25,929 bases of DNA from Bacilli bacterium (GTDB taxonomy: Bacteria; Bacillota_I; Bacilli_A; RFN20; CAG-826): the NCBI GenBank assembly GCA_017551465.1, contig JAFZLN010000076.1, positions 1 through 25,929 of the forward strand. The letters are read 5' to 3'. Below the pieces are notes generated by a model. That model had not been told where the DNA came from and did not search any database. It worked only from the letters and a program-made list of their open reading frames with translations. Below are positions 22,842 to 25,929 of this stretch, piece by piece. A program made the position numbers and the translations under genes. Position 1 is the first letter of the stretch, and the number at the start of each line of letters is the position of its first letter.

Positions 22842-25800
22842 TTAGGCTTTAACTCTTCTTTTCTTGTCGATCACAAGGATGACCGCCATAGCGAGAGCTA
22901 ATAAACCAGTAACGCTTAATGTAGCTTCAATACTACCAAAGCAACCGGCTTTCGCCATGTTGTTTGTTGTGGCCACTTTTGGTGCAAAGATTTGAATGGT
23001 AGAACCATATTTTGCGCTATCTTTTTCCGCGATAACGTGGATGAAGACATTGCAAGCTCCAGTTAATTTACCTTTGATTGTGTTATTTTCAAAGACTAAG
23101 CCTTCTGGTAATGGAGTAACTGGATCGATAGATAATTCAGCACCATCTAATTCTTCTGGAATTTCAACCTTAATGTTGATTTCTTTACCCACTGCGGTTT
23201 CTAAATAGTTACGTTCAACACCAACGAAGTTTAATTTAGCTTCTTTAATGCAAACTTTGGACATAACACCACAGTTAGCACATGTCCACATTGTTTCTAA
23301 GGCGTTCTTTCTTAAAGCATACCAATATGTGTATGATTCAACGGTTTGTCCGTCTTTACTTGTGAACACTGGAGCGCCTTTACCATCAAACGCGGATGCA
23401 CTCCACTTACATGCGACTGCATCTTCAAAACCATTTTGGTCTAATTGTTGGTTACAACCAGCAATGATACGGTTATTGAGGTTTTCGTAGCACTTGAAGT
23501 TAACAGAGCTGTTACCACTGTGTGTCATATCGGAAATGATGTGACCTTTGAAGCCCCATTCTTCACGCAAGACTTCTGTTAATAATGGATAAGAAGCAGC
23601 GGTTTCCATATTACCTAAACGGTTATAGGAAGACATGATAGCCATGGATTTACCTTCTTGAACAACCATTTGGAATGGTTTGAGATAAATTTCACGTAAG
23701 GCTTGTTCTGTTAAGAATGTAGAAGTACCTTCACGGTTCTTTTCTTGATCGTTAACAGTGAAGTGTTTGAAGTAGCAATATAAGCCTAAATCAGTAGCAC
23801 CAGCAACGACTCTAGCCGCCATACGGCCCATTAAGAATGGATCAGCGGAATAGTATTCGAAGTTTCTGCCACCAAATGGAGAACGGTGTAAGTTGACAGC
23901 TGGACCAGCCCAACCATATGTACCAGAGATATGGGCTTCCATACCGACCATTTCACCTTGTCTCTTAGCTAATTCAACATTGTATGTCGCGGCAACGATT
24001 GGAGCGCCTGCCCACCAAATGTATTGGAATTGAGATGGACCATCACTATCGCCAGTGGCTGGTTTATTCATCCAAGATAATGCTGGGTTATGTGAACCAG
24101 CACCATGAGCGAAGCTTGTTAATTCGTCGAATGTCATGTAGTTCATGGCTTCGGTCCATTTTGGATCGTCCATATCAAGACCAACTAAATCAGCGAACTT
24201 AAGACCATTGACATCAGAAGCAGTTGCGGTTTTGGCTCTTTGTGTCCAACCTAACGCTTCAATATCGGCTTTTGTTTTTCTTGTGACTAATGGGAGATAT
24301 TCACCATCGTCATTGAGTTCGATATCGTCTAAGGTGAATTCATGCGTTAAGAATTCTTCGTAACGACTACCTTCTTTAACTTGACGAGATTCGTAAGTTG
24401 GGTGAAGTGGCTTATTGGATAAGTCTTCACGAGAGAATTGTTCGAATTCGATATCGTTTTCACCTGGTAAGCAGCTATAGAAGCCTCTATCAGTGAATCT
24501 GTTTTTAACTTCGGTACCTGTATAACGGTCTGTTTCGTATTTAATACCACCTTTAGCAACAGAGAATTTGATGGTTTCATATTCTTCATGAGCGTTCTTA
24601 TTAAGAGCGACATAATATGTACCAGCATCTAACTCATAACCACGGAAACCATTACCGTTCTTATCGGCGAAGTCGTAGTTAGCGACGTCTTGAGTATTAA
24701 ATGTTAAACGAAGTGTTTGTTCTTCGCCTGGTTCTAATAATTTTGTCTTATCAAATGCGCATAAGACGTTATTGGCTTTTTCAATGCCACCGACGGTATA
24801 TGGAGCTTTCCAATATAATTGGACAACATCCTTACCAGCAACATTACCAGTATTCTTAACTTTGACTTTAACTTCTACTTCGGTATTACCACTCTTGAGT
24901 GTTTTACCTTTAACGTTAGAAGAAACGATTGTTTGTTTGAATTGTGTATAGCTTAAGCCATAACCGAATGGGTAAATAACACCATCATCACTGTTATACC
25001 ATTGATCAGCTTGAGCCTTATTGGCTTTGGCCATATCGGCATATCTTGTTTCGTAATAACGATAGTCGACATAAATGCCTTCTTCGTATGAGACATAAGA
25101 AGCTGGTTTAACACCATTTAAGCCACCAGAAACAACTTTGAATTCTTCACCACCACGAGCGCTGTCCCATCTTGGTGAACTATGTTCTTTATAGTTCTTA
25201 TCTGTACCATAAGAGAGCATTGGAGCGCCATCCGCGGCTAACATTGTATCTTGTGGAGCGTAATAGCTCTTGCCATTTGAAGACACCACTAAGTTAGTTT
25301 GTGAGTTATCAGAGAAGTTTTGATATGTTGGGTCTTTTGTAAAATCACGGGCCCATGTATCAACTGTACGACCTGATGGATTAACTTCACCAGTTAAAAT
25401 TTTACCAACAGATTTGGCACCAACAGCACCTGGGTTACCAATCCAAAGGATGGCTTTGACCTTATCATCGTTTTCAAACTTGTCACATTGGAAGATGTTA
25501 CCAGAGTTGATAACGATAATGATGTTATCGGTGTGATTGTGAAGTTCATCAAATAATGCTTCTTCATTTTCGGATAATTGAAGAGCGTGTCTATCAGAAA
25601 CTTTTTCTGAACTACTGTTTGTTTTCTTACTATCGTGAGCGTTACATGTTTTAACGTCACAACCTTCACTACCTTCACGAGAGATGACTTGAATAGCGGC
25701 ATCCTTATATTCGTCTAAGGTTGCTAATAATTCAGCGGAGTAACTTGATAATGGCGTTTCACCAATAGTCACTTCAGAGTTACCTTTCCAACCATCGTTA

Positions 25801-25928
25801 CCATTAGTTCTACCAGAACCAGATTTGCTGTCGTTAGAGTAAGACATGCCACCCCAGCCACCACTGGACCATTTGCCGTAGAACGCTTGGATGTCCTTGT
25901 TAACTTCGAAACCAGCATCTTCGAGGGA
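22842..25928 (-). CDS. GH3 glycosidase, tandem paralogue of 19222..22569 (5'-truncated by the window edge)
   Basis: The frame stays open past the ATG at 25847 to the edge (SLEDAGFEVNKDIQAFYGKWSSGGWGG), aligning with ALKEVGFELNQKVLDFYGSW of the paralogue, so the real start is outside the window. It has the same GH3 motifs (SREGSEGCD, FKHFTVND, IISDM), an Ig-like LPEGLVFENNTIKG segment and a GCFGSI-TM-KKRR tail. Confidence 0.95.
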   Translation of the reverse strand, partial: SLEDAGFEVNKDIQAFYGKWSSGGWGGMSYSNDSKSGSGRTNGNDGWKGNSEVTIGETPLSSYSAELLATLDEYKDAAIQVISREGSEGCDVKTCNAHDSKKTNSSSEKVSDRHALQLSENEEALFDELHNHTDNIIIVINSGNIFQCDKFENDDKVKAILWIGNPGAVGAKSVGKILTGEVNPSGRTVDTWARDFTKDPTYQNFSDNSQTNLVVSSNGKSYYAPQDTMLAADGAPMLSYGTDKNYKEHSSPRWDSARGGEEFKVVSGGLNGVKPASYVSYEEGIYVDYRYYETRYADMAKANKAQADQWYNSDDGVIYPFGYGLSYTQFKQTIVSSNVKGKTLKSGNTEVEVKVKVKNTGNVAGKDVVQLYWKAPYTVGGIEKANNVLCAFDKTKLLEPGEEQTLRLTFNTQDVANYDFADKNGNGFRGYELDAGTYYVALNKNAHEEYETIKFSVAKGGIKYETDRYTGTEVKNRFTDRGFYSCLPGENDIEFEQFSREDLSNKPLHPTYESRQVKEGSRYEEFLTHEFTLDDIELNDDGEYLPLVTRKTKADIEALGWTQRAKTATASDVNGLKFADLVGLDMDDPKWTEAMNYMTFDELTSFAHGAGSHNPALSWMNKPATGDSDGPSQFQYIWWAGAPIVAATYNVELAKRQGEMVGMEAHISGTYGWAGPAVNLHRSPFGGRNFEYYSADPFLMGRMAARVVAGATDLGLYCYFKHFTVNDQEKNREGTSTFLTEQALREIYLKPFQMVVQEGKSMAIMSSYNRLGNMETAASYPLLTEVLREEWGFKGHIISDMTHSGNSSVNFKCYENLNNRIIAGCNQQLDQNGFEDAVACKWSASAFDGKGAPVFTSKDGQTVESYTYWYALRKNALETMWTCANCGVMSKVCIKEAKLNFVGVERNYLETAVGKEINIKVEIPEELDGAELSIDPVTPLPEGLVFENNTIKGKLTGACNVFIHVIAEKDSAKYGSTIQIFAPKVATTNNMAKAGCFGSIEATLSVTGLLALAMAVILVIDKKRRVKA

Positions 25929-25929
25929 A

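Noticed and set aside
2363-25702. All other short ORFs (60-198 aa) nested in or antisense to the large genes
   Set aside because: They lie entirely within well-supported CDSs, have no motifs, and are expected shadow ORFs.
1-25929. CRISPR array, tRNA/rRNA genes, alternative genetic code
   Set aside because: There are no regularly spaced 23-47-bp repeats or cloverleaf/rRNA signatures, and all large ORFs are intact under code 11.

Overview
All six long genes in this window lie on the minus strand and translate cleanly with code 11. The sequence is AT-rich and probably comes from an uncultured gut or rumen Bacillota (inference from protein styles only). In transcription order (right to left) it carries: (1) a surface beta-glycoside-degradation cluster of three domain-swapped GH3 glycosidases, two of them tandem paralogues ending in a shared 'GCFG-[S/D]I + TM + basic tail' signal, plus a lipoprotein with an InlB B-repeat and a CBM6/35-like domain; (2) a 581-bp structured intergenic region containing a small uORF, an internal terminator and an RBS-sequestering alternative stem; (3) a 4233-aa N-terminally anchored surface protein with a phage-fibre/collagen-like stalk and a very long BspA-type LRR array, into whose loops further stalk-type modules are inserted; (4) a 4-TM protein with a Pro-rich linker and a basic C-terminal domain of unknown function; and (5) at the left edge, a run of hairpins resembling the left end of an IS200/IS605 element. 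I found no rRNA, tRNA, CRISPR array, integrase or reverse transcriptase. Family assignments come from motif recognition by eye, not database searches.
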